Shown: positions 48,136-58,634, counted from the stretch's first letter. The stretch: DNA of 64,000 nucleotides from Candidatus Omnitrophota bacterium (GCA_015233115.1 JADFYJ010000002.1:111216-175215); one strand, 5' to 3'. The notes: generated by a model from the letters alone, not told the origin. Made by a program: numbers and translations.

Positions 48136-50241
48136 TTACCATTTGATGTCAACATCCAGCCACATAACATGTGCGCTGTAATTTCCGGTTTCAACTGATT
48201 GATAGGTCCGAAACGCGTAATAAGCATATTTCGGTTCAATAATTATATTTTTCGTCACGGTCCATTTCGCTCCAACCTGGGCATCGTACCATTCATCGTC
48301 TGGAGAATAAAGAAACGCCGAATTATTCGTCACATAATTATTGTTTCCGTTTTCCGCGCGAGAATACTCTGAAGTCTGAAATATGCTAAAATTATCCGTT
48401 GGCGCATAACTGGTGCTAAAAGCCAAAGTATTAACATTGGCCGTAGTTACAGGCAGATAAACTGTTGAGTTAGAAGCAAATTGACTGGCCGGCGTTGAGG
48501 TCTTAAACAACTGTAATGAATAGGATGCGGTAAACATCCACGCATCCGTCGGAAAAATCGTCAATCCATAAGTAAAATCCCTCTCCATCTGCTGAGTCTT
48601 AACCATATTTTGGGCCGCATATTGTGTATTAAATACTGTGCCTGCCGTGCGGACCCGAAAAGAATTCTCGAACCATTTGAGCGGCTTCCAAGTCAAGCGC
48701 GCCGCCATCGAATCTTCAATGTTGCGAAGCACATTTAAATCTGCTTCGGTTGAAGGATTTTCTACTACTGTATCCAATTTATCATTTTTGACACCATGTT
48801 TGTATTCTAGATTGGCACTGACGGATTTAATAGGCGTAATGCGCGCCCCAATTGTTCCTGCCATTTCAGGAGCATGATTAATAACATCATGATAAACATC
48901 ACCGCCAACGACATTAGTATTCAAGGTATCCTCTCCTTTATAAATGCGGCGGTACAATGATTCCCAATTACGATTCTGCTCCATATCAAAATCAGCATAT
49001 AAACTCGTACGTGAAAAACCAGTATATTTTAAAGAAAAATTTTCAGCCCCGCCAGTGATCTTGTTCTCACTGGTCCCGTCGTAGTAATAATTAGCAGCCC
49101 CATTGGGAGAAACACCCGCGGCTCCGAGAGAACTACAATTTGAATTAGCCGGCCCGCAGTCAATACCCTGTGTCGATATACCGTTGGTATTAACCATTTC
49201 CATTTTAATTTTACTGCCAAAACTTAAATTCCGCGTAAGATTAGTCACCAAATTCCCGGTCCAAATATTAGAATCCTGAATATTCCTACCCCAGCCATTT
49301 TTATTAGCAGGCCGCGAATAATTCCAAAGAGTTCCATTTACCATATACTCTCTAAGATACTCGATCTGACTATCTCTTAAATGAGCAAAACGATACCCCA
49401 AAGACAAATATGTCTGGTCATTAAGCATCCAACGGTCAGCCAGCCAAGTTGAAGTTAAAGATTTCGTCTGAGTATCAAGAGACTGAGCACGCCATTTATT
49501 GTCCGTCGAAGGGGTGATCATGTCCGTGTAATAGGACTGTTCCTGACGAGAACGGTTCGACTGAAAAAATCCATAAGACTGCTTCGCTTTAACCGTAAAA
49601 CCCATGACCTCCGCTTTATTTTTTAGACTAACGGTATCCGTAGTTTCTTCATTATTCCCCCAAGACGGTCCTGTATACTTTGTCACATTGGCTTTAACCG
49701 CAGTCCAGGTCAAATGATCTTCTGATCCTTTTTTAATATCTCTATCATATTCCGCTGAACACGTCGATTCACCAGGGATACCATTTCCGATTTCTAACGC
49801 AAAATAACCAACATCAAGATGCAAGTCTTGGTTAAGCTGAATCAATTGCAAGCTGGGAGTGGTATACGGATAATACCCTCCGGAATTATCAAAATATTGG
49901 CGGAAAGATTTATATTTTGTTTGAATAAAACCGATATGATCTTTGGTGATGAGCACAGAACCGTCATTATCGTTTACATTGGGAACTGAACGGCCTTCAA
50001 TAAAAATATGGGTATCTTTGCTGACCTTGGTGCCTATGTTTAAAGCATTGATTCCGTAAGAATAGCCGTCATTCAACCAATTAATGGCGCGGAATTTGGA
50101 TACGTCTCCCTTGACCTCCACAATTTGCAATGGCATTAAATCCATTGAAACAGAATTTTGCGCCCATGCACACACCGTCCATCCTATCGAGATGAAGCCA
50201 AGAATGACACCCCATATTCTTTTAATAATCGGCATTTGCAT
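48136..50241 (-). CDS. MtrB/PioB-like outer-membrane porin
   Basis: Signal peptide, beta-strand amphipathy, terminal Trp; directly downstream of a multiheme cytochrome. Confidence 0.7.
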   Translation of the reverse strand: MQMPIIKRIWGVILGFISIGWTVCAWAQNSVSMDLMPLQIVEVKGDVSKFRAINWLNDGYSYGINALNIGTKVSKDTHIFIEGRSVPNVNDNDGSVLITKDHIGFIQTKYKSFRQYFDNSGGYYPYTTPSLQLIQLNQDLHLDVGYFALEIGNGIPGESTCSAEYDRDIKKGSEDHLTWTAVKANVTKYTGPSWGNNEETTDTVSLKNKAEVMGFTVKAKQSYGFFQSNRSRQEQSYYTDMITPSTDNKWRAQSLDTQTKSLTSTWLADRWMLNDQTYLSLGYRFAHLRDSQIEYLREYMVNGTLWNYSRPANKNGWGRNIQDSNIWTGNLVTNLTRNLSFGSKIKMEMVNTNGISTQGIDCGPANSNCSSLGAAGVSPNGAANYYYDGTSENKITGGAENFSLKYTGFSRTSLYADFDMEQNRNWESLYRRIYKGEDTLNTNVVGGDVYHDVINHAPEMAGTIGARITPIKSVSANLEYKHGVKNDKLDTVVENPSTEADLNVLRNIEDSMAARLTWKPLKWFENSFRVRTAGTVFNTQYAAQNMVKTQQMERDFTYGLTIFPTDAWMFTASYSLQLFKTSTPASQFASNSTVYLPVTTANVNTLAFSTSYAPTDNFSIFQTSEYSRAENGNNNYVTNNSAFLYSPDDEWYDAQVGAKWTVTKNIIIEPKYAYYAFRTYQSVETGNYSAHVMWLDVDIKW

Positions 50242-50254
50242 ATATTTTTTTCGT

Positions 50255-51034
50255 TTAATATTTTAATGCTTTATCAAAATTTGATCCATGTACCGCCGTA
50301 TGACAGCCGCCACTGTAACATGTTTCCCCCATGCGTGATGTATGTCCGGAAACTGCGCCTATGAATCCCGCAGAGTAATTAGTCTGCATGTGACAACGTA
50401 AACACAAGTTAGCATCCCGGACCAACAACATTTTTTCATGAATTGACCCATGCACCTTATGACAAACTGTACAGCCCTCTCGCAAAGCAGCATGTTCATA
50501 AACAAAAGGTCCTTCCTGGTCTTTATGGCACTTGAAACACAATTGATTGGGTTCTTCCATCGATGTGGCAGACGGAGTAATATCAGGACCGTGACAATCG
50601 TGACAGTCAGAACAGCTGATTTTTCCTTCCATGACCGGATGATGATACGGCAAACGGAATTCTTGTTTTTTATCCGCATGACAATTAAAACAAATCCGAG
50701 GATCTTTTCGGGGATTGATAATATTATTTTTCTGATCCGAATTTTCTGCGTGAACACTCCCCGGACCGTGACACATCTCACATCCCTGGCTGGCTCCGCC
50801 TTCATCAGCTTTCAAATTCAACTTATAATGCGGCGAAAGCGCGCAGTCACGGCCTTCCTTCTCATGGCAAGTCAAACAAGCTTCAGAGCCGGCATAGGTT
50901 GCGCCTTTAACAAAAGTCAGCGGCCCCTGAATCATCTCCGTCGCTTGGGCAAGCATTGGCTGTGCAGTTAAAAACAAAAAAAACATTACCGCCATTCTTA
51001 TAAAATTAAAATAAGCACTTCTCCCCAATGTCAT
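50255..51034 (-). CDS. DmsE/MtrA-like multiheme c-type cytochrome (about 8 hemes)
   Basis: Seven non-overlapping CxxCH plus CYSGGCH; GSEACLTCH, CHGPGS.H, GPFVYEH and VHGSN motifs. Confidence 0.9.
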   Translation of the reverse strand: MTLGRSAYFNFIRMAVMFFLFLTAQPMLAQATEMIQGPLTFVKGATYAGSEACLTCHEKEGRDCALSPHYKLNLKADEGGASQGCEMCHGPGSVHAENSDQKNNIINPRKDPRICFNCHADKKQEFRLPYHHPVMEGKISCSDCHDCHGPDITPSATSMEEPNQLCFKCHKDQEGPFVYEHAALREGCTVCHKVHGSIHEKMLLVRDANLCLRCHMQTNYSAGFIGAVSGHTSRMGETCYSGGCHTAVHGSNFDKALKY

Positions 51035-51041
51035 ACTTTGA

Positions 51042-51359
51042 TTATTTCTTTTCTTCAGTCTTGGCTGGTTTAAAATCTTCAATCTTACCTATTTTTTTAA
51101 ACGTCTCACCCGTTGGATCAGGATTTTCTTTTATGACTGCTTTGCCATAATCATTCAACTCGTGTTTACCATCATCCTTTGACGGCTTTTCGTCCATATG
51201 ACAATCCAGACATTTTACCTTCGCGTCAGGAAACGCTTCGCGGTACATCTTGATATCCTTTAAACGGGCTTGAGCCGTCACAGCGTACAGGATCAATCCT
51301 GCCGCCCCCAATATCCCAAAACAAACCATGATCAAAAAACGCTTTTGCCCTTTTTTCAT
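51042..51359 (-). CDS. small monoheme c-type cytochrome
   Basis: Signal/TM segment, CLDCH, LNDYG. Confidence 0.75.
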   Translation of the reverse strand: MKKGQKRFLIMVCFGILGAAGLILYAVTAQARLKDIKMYREAFPDAKVKCLDCHMDEKPSKDDGKHELNDYGKAVIKENPDPTGETFKKIGKIEDFKPAKTEEKK

Positions 51360-52927
51360 TTTCTCCCCCTTGCTTTACGCGCAAACACAAAGAATAAAAA
51401 ACTTGCTTCAACCAGCAAAAAATAAATAATCCAGATCAAGCCGCCCGAACCCGCGCCATAACTATGAAGCCCGCGGCCTAATAAAAAATTAACGCCGTAC
51501 CAAGTCATCAAAACTAAAATAAACCCTAATATTCCTGAAACAGCCAAACCAAAATTAGTTAATTTTTTGCTATAACGTAAATGCAATATGGTCATGTAGC
51601 CGAGAAACGTAATAAACGCCCACGTCTCCTTGGGATCCCAGCCCCAAAATCTTCCCCACGCTTCATTCGCCCATATTCCGCCAAGAATTGTGCCTGCGCC
51701 CAGCAAAATCAACCCCAACTGTAAAAGACGGTTAATGGATTGAGCAGATAACTGATCTTCCTGTTCTGTCAATTTGCCGCTTGCGGCGAGAAACAAATGC
51801 CGGTGAGAAACCGCCATGGCAAAGGCGAACATACTGTAACTGGAAACGATGGTGATAACGTGCACAGTCAGCCAATAACTACTGCGTAATACCGGAGACA
51901 CCACATCCAATGACTGATCTACGGGAAGCAAATTAGCGTAAAGCATAATCATGGCACTCACAATAGCGCCGCTGGAAAGTAAAGAGCGGCGTTTCTGCCA
52001 AATGACAAAAATTCCCACGCAGAGCATAAGCACCCAATTCATGAAAATCATTGTCTCATACATGTTGGCCACCGGCGGACGCAATAAAATTAACGCGCGC
52101 AATAATAATCCAACAGAATGATAAATAAACCCCAAAACAATTAACCAGTTGCCCCACACTTGGCCCGCAGGTTTCCTCCCCAGAATAAAAATGAAACCCA
52201 ATAAATACAGGATACCGGCAAAAAGAAACGGCTGAAGAGAATAATAAAGCGCTTCTAACCTAACCCTGACAGCCTGCCCTTTTCCCAACACTCTATCCGT
52301 CCCTGCTATCCATTGCCGGATTTCCTCGCCGGCTTGTGGAGCCTTATCCGAATAATCGCTCACCAATTTCTGAAAAGCCAAAGACTGCCCTTCATGACCG
52401 AGATAGGGCGATGTCCAAACTCCACCGTTAACCGCAGGGATCACAGTCAAAATATCCGTACTACTCAAACGTCCAGTCATTTGCAATCGTTGATAAAGCA
52501 CTTCCGCTTTCTGTTCCATGACAGATGGACGGTTGTCTTTCCCACGCTTTTCATTTGCACCGGCAGCCAAAACTTCAATGGCATGAAAGAAAGGCTTCAA
52601 CTCTTTAAACGAAAAAAAGTTCCGCTCCCCTTCAATCCCCAGAGTCTTTTTAAGACCCAGGTGGTCAACACGAATAAAAGGAATATCTAAAAACTGCTGA
52701 CTATGCTCCGAATTGACCAAGAGCAAATTCAAAGCACTTTGACCATGCCAGTGTTTTTTACCACTGATAAATTGCAATGTTTCCTGCGCAAACGCAGCCA
52801 AAGGTTTTATCCGGCCATGATTCTGAATCGGAATCCTGCCCCCGTCCCGGTCCAAATTAACTGCGTATGCTGACGAAATCGATAAAAAAGACAACAGAAC
52901 CGCAAAAAAAACTACGGATTTTTTCAT
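51356..52927 (-). CDS. ccsA: cytochrome c biogenesis protein CcsA/ResC (system II)
   Basis: WL.VHV and GGIWANEAWGRFWGWDPKETWA (WWD domain) and GLHSY motifs. Confidence 0.95.
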   Translation of the reverse strand: MKKSVVFFAVLLSFLSISSAYAVNLDRDGGRIPIQNHGRIKPLAAFAQETLQFISGKKHWHGQSALNLLLVNSEHSQQFLDIPFIRVDHLGLKKTLGIEGERNFFSFKELKPFFHAIEVLAAGANEKRGKDNRPSVMEQKAEVLYQRLQMTGRLSSTDILTVIPAVNGGVWTSPYLGHEGQSLAFQKLVSDYSDKAPQAGEEIRQWIAGTDRVLGKGQAVRVRLEALYYSLQPFLFAGILYLLGFIFILGRKPAGQVWGNWLIVLGFIYHSVGLLLRALILLRPPVANMYETMIFMNWVLMLCVGIFVIWQKRRSLLSSGAIVSAMIMLYANLLPVDQSLDVVSPVLRSSYWLTVHVITIVSSYSMFAFAMAVSHRHLFLAASGKLTEQEDQLSAQSINRLLQLGLILLGAGTILGGIWANEAWGRFWGWDPKETWAFITFLGYMTILHLRYSKKLTNFGLAVSGILGFILVLMTWYGVNFLLGRGLHSYGAGSGGLIWIIYFLLVEASFLFFVFARKARGRK

Positions 52928-54717
52928 GAAACTTTCCTTTCATTAAAATGAATCAACGCTCCTATACACGCGATTAACGAGCTCAGGTAAATCCAAGGAA
53001 TACCCGGATTCTTGGCTACAGTAAATACAGAGGCCTTACCATTTTTGGGATCATCAAAATACGAAGATTGAAAAATTTTAAACCCAGCATAATTTAACGG
53101 CTGATTCATACTAATGGTCCTTTCCAACGTTACGCCTTGAGTTGAATCATGCAATACCACATCACTTTCAAACGACGCGGCATCCTGTGTGCCGGGATAA
53201 TTTATCTTGCGGAATTGTTTTAATACAATTGAAAAAGGAAGCTCACGCATTTCATGCGATAGGAAAAAATTAACCGTGCCCTGATCTACCGCGACCGGTG
53301 TCAGCTGATTTTCAATAACCCAATAAAGATCCTTTGTTCCGGCACGCTCCACAGTTACGGCAACAGCCATAGGAGCATCCGGGTCAGAAGAAGGCGCAAT
53401 ATTATAATTAACCCGGGCATGAGATATAATTTTCTCTGCCGAAAACTCCAGGTTCATATATCCTGTAGAAAATGTGCGGCCCAAAATTAAATTTCCCTGT
53501 GCCGTCACCTTACCTTGAAATTTAACCTGATAACGCCACGCGCCGCTGTTGTCAAAATAAAACACAATCTGCCCGCCGCTATAAACATCTGGATAATCTT
53601 CCGGTTTTCCAGCCGCAAATTTAACTTGAATATCCGTCAAAGAAGAAGAAACTCTCTTGTCAGCTTTATCATGCATCGCTTCAAATTCCGGAAAAAATCC
53701 AAACTTTAACTGATGAAATACATTGCCCTGACTATCAACCAAATCAAATTCCACTGCCGGATTAAACATCCTGCCATTAGGTAAATTCACAATCTTATTA
53801 TGACCAGCTACAGCAGCAAAAGGATAATAAACGAAATTTTTAACCGAATACCCGGTGTTTTGCAACGGCAAGACAGCAGGAACAACTTTTTCCGGATCTA
53901 TCGCCAAAAGCTCTTGGCCAGATTTATCCAAAATCCGTAATGTTGGCCGTTGAGCTGGCTCTATCTTTTTATCCGGCCGCAAATTCAGTTTAACCGGGCC
54001 AACCATCTGTTCAGAACCTGCCGCAGAAGCAGGATTACCCGGCTCATGCTCAAACAACCAAATTGACTCATCAACGTCAAGCTGTTGACTAAATAACTTC
54101 ACCGAGACCGCGCGATTCACCTCTCCATTAGGATTTCCCTCTGTCACGAGTTTTTTTTCCATGGCATGTTCAAAAATATTAGTGATACAAAAAGGAACCC
54201 TCTCTCCCTCCTGCTCTACTCCAATATTTTTCTTTGGCTTAAGTGGACAATAAAGCTCCGTTGAATTCCTACGTTCCCTGTTCAAAACCAAATAAGAATT
54301 TTTTTGGGACAAAAGGAAAGATTCCTGCTCCTGATTAGGATAATTCACGGATAAAAGATGGCCTGACTGCTCCATCCGGCTTGCAGTTTCCCCCTCAAAA
54401 ATAACCATATTTCCATCAATACCATAATATTTACTAATCATGGCGCCGATTAGAATGCCGAGAATACCGATATGCGTAATCACAAAACCCAGATACTCTT
54501 TTTTATACGGAAAACGGACCAATGTTGAGCACAAAATATTGACCCATAACAAAACCATTAAAAAATCAAACCAACGGGTCTGATAAAAAACTTTTTGGGC
54601 AAACGGCGTCCCATAAACTGCCTCCATCGACGTGGAGACAATTAAAAGCACAATCAAACCCGCGCTAATAACCACAGTGAAACCGACAGAGCCTAATTTT
54701 TTAATTATAAAATTCAT
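52924..54717 (-). CDS. resB: cytochrome c biogenesis protein ResB/CcsB
   Basis: THIG, LPFSI.L..F....YPG...A.SFES and MN.PL.Y.GFK.FQSSY motifs. Confidence 0.88.
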   Translation of the reverse strand: MNFIIKKLGSVGFTVVISAGLIVLLIVSTSMEAVYGTPFAQKVFYQTRWFDFLMVLLWVNILCSTLVRFPYKKEYLGFVITHIGILGILIGAMISKYYGIDGNMVIFEGETASRMEQSGHLLSVNYPNQEQESFLLSQKNSYLVLNRERRNSTELYCPLKPKKNIGVEQEGERVPFCITNIFEHAMEKKLVTEGNPNGEVNRAVSVKLFSQQLDVDESIWLFEHEPGNPASAAGSEQMVGPVKLNLRPDKKIEPAQRPTLRILDKSGQELLAIDPEKVVPAVLPLQNTGYSVKNFVYYPFAAVAGHNKIVNLPNGRMFNPAVEFDLVDSQGNVFHQLKFGFFPEFEAMHDKADKRVSSSLTDIQVKFAAGKPEDYPDVYSGGQIVFYFDNSGAWRYQVKFQGKVTAQGNLILGRTFSTGYMNLEFSAEKIISHARVNYNIAPSSDPDAPMAVAVTVERAGTKDLYWVIENQLTPVAVDQGTVNFFLSHEMRELPFSIVLKQFRKINYPGTQDAASFESDVVLHDSTQGVTLERTISMNQPLNYAGFKIFQSSYFDDPKNGKASVFTVAKNPGIPWIYLSSLIACIGALIHFNERKVS

Positions 54718-54783
54718 GTTTACTATTTTATATATAAAAATTAATAAAAAGCGTTAATTTTAGATTTTTTAACTCTAATATAT

Positions 54784-54876
54784 GGCGTCAGATCTCGACC
54801 ACGAAACCGCTTGTTAACCTCAATAACACGGTGCTCCCCCAAACCCGGCTCAAATGCTGCGTCGAGATCTGACACC
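54784..54876. mobile_element. 93-bp MITE-like element overlapping the antiporter 3' end
   Basis: Terminal inverted repeats GGCGTCAGATCTCGAC / GTCGAGATCTGACACC (15/16 match). Confidence 0.75.
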
Positions 54877-56316
54877 AGCATTGAGCGCGGCAAAATCTTG
54901 ATCATTGGCCAGCACCAACAAAACGTCGCCGCCTTCAATAATCATGGAACCATCGGGAATAATAAATTTGTCTTCACGGGAAATCAATACGATCAAACAT
55001 TTGATAGGCACGTTCAGTTCAAATATTCGTTTACCAGCTGCCGCGGAATTATACGGCACGATCAGATCATTTAATGACGCGTCAATCCCTTCTGTACGTT
55101 CAAACTCCAGCGGATAAACCCGCGTACTATCGCCAGGAACCGCTACTTTCAACCATTGGGCTACAGCATGAATAGATGCCCCCTGCACCAGCACGGAAGT
55201 TATGACGACAAAAAAAACGATATTAAAAATCATTTCTGCCTGAGGCACATGGGATAATAAAGGAAAGGTGGCTAAAATAATCGGGACAGCTCCTCGTAAA
55301 CCCACCCATGAAATCATGGTTTTCTCAACCCAGTCAAATTTAAACGGAAATAAACAAATAAACATGCTGATCGGACGGGCTAAAAATATTAAAACAAACG
55401 CGATCAACAAACCGCTTCCAATAACGGGAATAATATGCGACGGAAAAACCAGCAGTCCTAAAGTTAAAAACATCATGATCTGCATCAGCCAAGCAATACC
55501 GTCATGAAAACGCATGATCGATTTTTTCTGCACAAAATCATGGTTACTCATAACCAGACCCACAACATACACAGCCAAAAATCCGTTTCCCTTTAAAATC
55601 GCCGCTATAGCGTAAGTCAAAAGTACCAAAGACATAGTCAGAACCGGATAAAGACCGCTGTATTCCAGCTTCAACCAGTTGATAATTGTGATGATTAACT
55701 GCGCCATCAAAAATCCCACTAACGCGCCCATGCCCATATCCAAAACAAACATCGGCAATAAATTGACAACCGCGACATTATGCTGCATCAAAATCCGAAT
55801 AAAACCAATGGTTAAAAAAACTGACATGGGATCATTACTACCAGATTCCAATTCTAACAACGGGGTCAGATTGCCTTTCATGCTCGTTTTTTTTGATCTC
55901 AGAATAGTAAATACGGCGGCAACATCCGTGGAAGATACAATAGAACCCAAAAGCATCCCTTCAATCAACGAGAATTTCAAAAGCAAAACCGCGGACGCGC
56001 CTACAATAATCGCTGTCAATAATACGCCAAGGGTGGAAAGCACAAAACCTGGAAATAAAATAGGCCTGACACGTTTCCAATTCGTGTTTATCCCACCTGA
56101 AAAAATAATGAATATGAGAGCCACAATCCCAATGGATTTAGCCAGCCAAGGATCGGAGAAGGCAATCTTGCCTATCCCTTCTGATCCAGCCAGCATCCCA
56201 ATCCCTAAAAATACCAATAACGCAGGAACGGAAAGCCGGTCAGAAAGTTTACTGGCAAAGACGCTCAAAAGTGTCAAAACTGCGGCAGATAAAATTATTT
56301 GTTCAATAGGCGGCAT
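54850..56316 (-). CDS. cvrA: K+/H+ antiporter (NhaP2/CvrA type) with TrkA-C domain
   Basis: GML.GSEG.G, SSTD.AAVF, LELESGSNDPM and GLRGAVPIILA motifs. Confidence 0.93.
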   Translation of the reverse strand: MPPIEQIILSAAVLTLLSVFASKLSDRLSVPALLVFLGIGMLAGSEGIGKIAFSDPWLAKSIGIVALIFIIFSGGINTNWKRVRPILFPGFVLSTLGVLLTAIIVGASAVLLLKFSLIEGMLLGSIVSSTDVAAVFTILRSKKTSMKGNLTPLLELESGSNDPMSVFLTIGFIRILMQHNVAVVNLLPMFVLDMGMGALVGFLMAQLIITIINWLKLEYSGLYPVLTMSLVLLTYAIAAILKGNGFLAVYVVGLVMSNHDFVQKKSIMRFHDGIAWLMQIMMFLTLGLLVFPSHIIPVIGSGLLIAFVLIFLARPISMFICLFPFKFDWVEKTMISWVGLRGAVPIILATFPLLSHVPQAEMIFNIVFFVVITSVLVQGASIHAVAQWLKVAVPGDSTRVYPLEFERTEGIDASLNDLIVPYNSAAAGKRIFELNVPIKCLIVLISREDKFIIPDGSMIIEGGDVLLVLANDQDFAALNAGVRSRRSI

Positions 56317-56331
56317 AATAGCAGTTTCATA

Positions 56332-56757
56332 TCAATTGATAGTTGGGCAGGTAGCTGCCGACGCGCATGTAGGAATGTTCATAGTATTATCCATTGTAAG
56401 CGTGTAAGTTACACCTCCTGAAGTCACTGTTGCTATACAAGTATATGTAGAGTAAGGCGCGGCGCTGGTATACTGATAAGCAATATGTGAATCATTGGTA
56501 AGCACGACATGTAAATTCGTATTAAAATAATTAATGTCCGTCGCGTCTCCCCCTGGATTAGTAGGCAAGAATCCATTTTCATTCGCCCTGTACAATCTAT
56601 TAGCTTCATTGATCATTTTTAAATTGCTGACTGCTTCGTTTATATAAGCATAATTATATTTTCTGGAAAAATTCGGAATGGTAATTGAGGCTAAAATACC
56701 CATAACCACTATCGTAATCATAATCTCTGTAAGGGTAAAACCTTTTGAAATTCTCAT
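56332..56757 (-). CDS. type IV pilin-like protein
   Basis: Class III signal KG|FTLTEIMITIVVMGILASITIP; C-terminal cysteines. Confidence 0.88.
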   Translation of the reverse strand: MRISKGFTLTEIMITIVVMGILASITIPNFSRKYNYAYINEAVSNLKMINEANRLYRANENGFLPTNPGGDATDINYFNTNLHVVLTNDSHIAYQYTSAAPYSTYTCIATVTSGGVTYTLTMDNTMNIPTCASAATCPTIN

Positions 56758-56837
56758 AATCATCCTTTCTCTAATTCTCCTAATAAAGTATAACATTTTC
56801 AATTTTTTTGTATATAATATTGGCAATAATTTTATCT

Positions 56838-58499
56838 ATGCTAAACCAACTCACCATCTCTAATTTTGGGCTGATCGATCAGGTAACACTGGAATTTGAT
56901 CCGCAATTGAATATCCTGACTGGAGAAACCGGCGCGGGTAAATCAATCTTGATTGACGCTTTACGCATGGCGTTAGGCGAGCGGGCGAACATTGATCAAA
57001 TCCGCGATAAAAACAAACCCTGCATTATCGAAACTATTTTTGAAGTTCAAGACCCTTCCATCAAACAAATCGAAACGCTTAAAGATTTTTTTGCTGAAGG
57101 CGGCGAATTAATTGTCCAGCGCATCCTGACTTCAGACGGAAAGAATAAAATAAAAATCAATGGGTTCGCTGTCACCTTAAGCCAGCTTAAAGAATTGGGC
57201 GATCATCTGGTCGATTTTCACGGGCCTCATGATCACCAAATGCTCCTTTCTTCCGCGTCTCACATCGGCATGCTGGACAGGTTAGTTGCTTTAAATGACC
57301 TTTTAAAGGAATACAGTCAAAAATTTTCCGAATATTCCGCGTGCGCAAAAAAACTGGAACAATTAAAAGAAATGTACTCCACCAGCGCCCGTGAATTAGA
57401 TTTACTGGGACACCAGATCAAAGAACTGGAACAAGTGCCATTAGACAATGCTCATTACGAACATATCGAGCAGGAACGCATCCGCATCAATAATGCAGAG
57501 CGCTTAAATGAAAACGTCAGTCAAATGCTCAATTTATTAGAATCATCAGACTCCTCAGTCAGCAGTCATATCCGCCAAACTTTTTCCCTGATGCGGCAAC
57601 TTAATCATCTGGACAGTTCAACCGCATCCTGGGCAGAACAACTCAGCGAAATACAGGAATTAAATCAACAACTGGTCGTTAATCTTAATGATTACGCGGA
57701 CTCCCTCTCTTTCGAACCTGAACAGGCACAAACCGTGAATCAGCAATATGATGTTTATGACGATATAAAACGAAAATATGGCCCGGCTTTAGAAGACGCG
57801 CGGAAATTTTACAGCCAGGCAAAAGAACGCTTTGCTTTATTAAACGATCTGGAACACAATGATCAGCAATTACAGGAAAATCTGGATGCCATTAAAAAAG
57901 ATTTAAAAAAGACGGCGGATAAGATCACCAAAAAACGTAAAACCGCTTCTGATGAATTAAAGAAAACCATTGAACACGAATTAAAAGAATTGGGCATTGC
58001 CAATGTCAAATTCGAAAGCCGGGTTGAAAAAGCAGATTTCTCTATTAACGGCCAGGACCAAGTCACATTTTATATCAGCCCCAATGCCGGAGAAGATTTA
58101 AAGCCTTTGGCAGAAATTGTATCATCCGGTGAAGCGGCACGCGTCATGCTGGCGCTAAAAAAAGCTTTAATCAAAGTGGATCCTATTCCTGTGCTCATTT
58201 TCGACGAAATCGATGCCCAAATCGGCGGCAGGTTAGGCACAATCACCGGAACAAAATTACGCGAAATTTCCCGTGCCCGTCAGGTTATCCTGATCACTCA
58301 CCTTCCCCAAATCGCGGCTTTTGCGGATAAACATTTCAAAGTCACCAAATCCGTAGCATCCGGACGCGCTGTGACAGCAGTCAATGAACTTGACCCCAAA
58401 ACACGTATTAACGAAATTGCCAAAATGATGAGCGGCGAACAAGAAACTGCCATAGCAATTAAACACGCAAAAGAACTGATAGATAAAGCACAGCAATAA
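56838..58499 (+). CDS. recN: DNA repair protein RecN
   Basis: LTGETGAGKS, SSGE..R..LA, FDEID and ITHLPQIAA motifs. Confidence 0.97.
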   Translation: MLNQLTISNFGLIDQVTLEFDPQLNILTGETGAGKSILIDALRMALGERANIDQIRDKNKPCIIETIFEVQDPSIKQIETLKDFFAEGGELIVQRILTSDGKNKIKINGFAVTLSQLKELGDHLVDFHGPHDHQMLLSSASHIGMLDRLVALNDLLKEYSQKFSEYSACAKKLEQLKEMYSTSARELDLLGHQIKELEQVPLDNAHYEHIEQERIRINNAERLNENVSQMLNLLESSDSSVSSHIRQTFSLMRQLNHLDSSTASWAEQLSEIQELNQQLVVNLNDYADSLSFEPEQAQTVNQQYDVYDDIKRKYGPALEDARKFYSQAKERFALLNDLEHNDQQLQENLDAIKKDLKKTADKITKKRKTASDELKKTIEHELKELGIANVKFESRVEKADFSINGQDQVTFYISPNAGEDLKPLAEIVSSGEAARVMLALKKALIKVDPIPVLIFDEIDAQIGGRLGTITGTKLREISRARQVILITHLPQIAAFADKHFKVTKSVASGRAVTAVNELDPKTRINEIAKMMSGEQETAIAIKHAKELIDKAQQ

Positions 58500-58547
58500 A
58501 TGTAAGAAAGTCAGACATCAATAAACAAAGATCAATCGTAATAGTTA

Positions 58548-58634
58548 GTGCGGCGTTGAAACCAGTCCCCGAGCGAGTTTCCTTGGCGCTTCGCCAAGGT
58601 TGTTTGAGCGAAGGACTGGTTTCATAAGCAGCAC
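58548..58634. other. structured intergenic element (nested stem-loop)
   Basis: TGAAACCAGTCC / GGACTGGTTTCA outer stem, inner CCTTGGCG-CTT-CGCCAAGG. Confidence 0.65.

Noticed and set aside
48117-48239. Long overlap of the MCP ORF with the porin gene
   Set aside because: A better ATG with an AGGAG RBS lies at 48116; the upstream extension has no support.
46584-54717. Selenocysteine or stop-codon recoding in the cytochrome/porin genes
   Set aside because: All frames are open in the standard code, with no internal TGA needing readthrough.
55679-56407. 242-aa ORF on +
   Set aside because: Antisense shadow of the membrane antiporter gene; many other listed ORFs opposite well-supported genes were dismissed for the same reason.
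42300-56800. Prophage or integrative element
   Set aside because: No integrase, att-like direct repeats, tRNA target or phage structural genes are visible; treated only as an accessory region.
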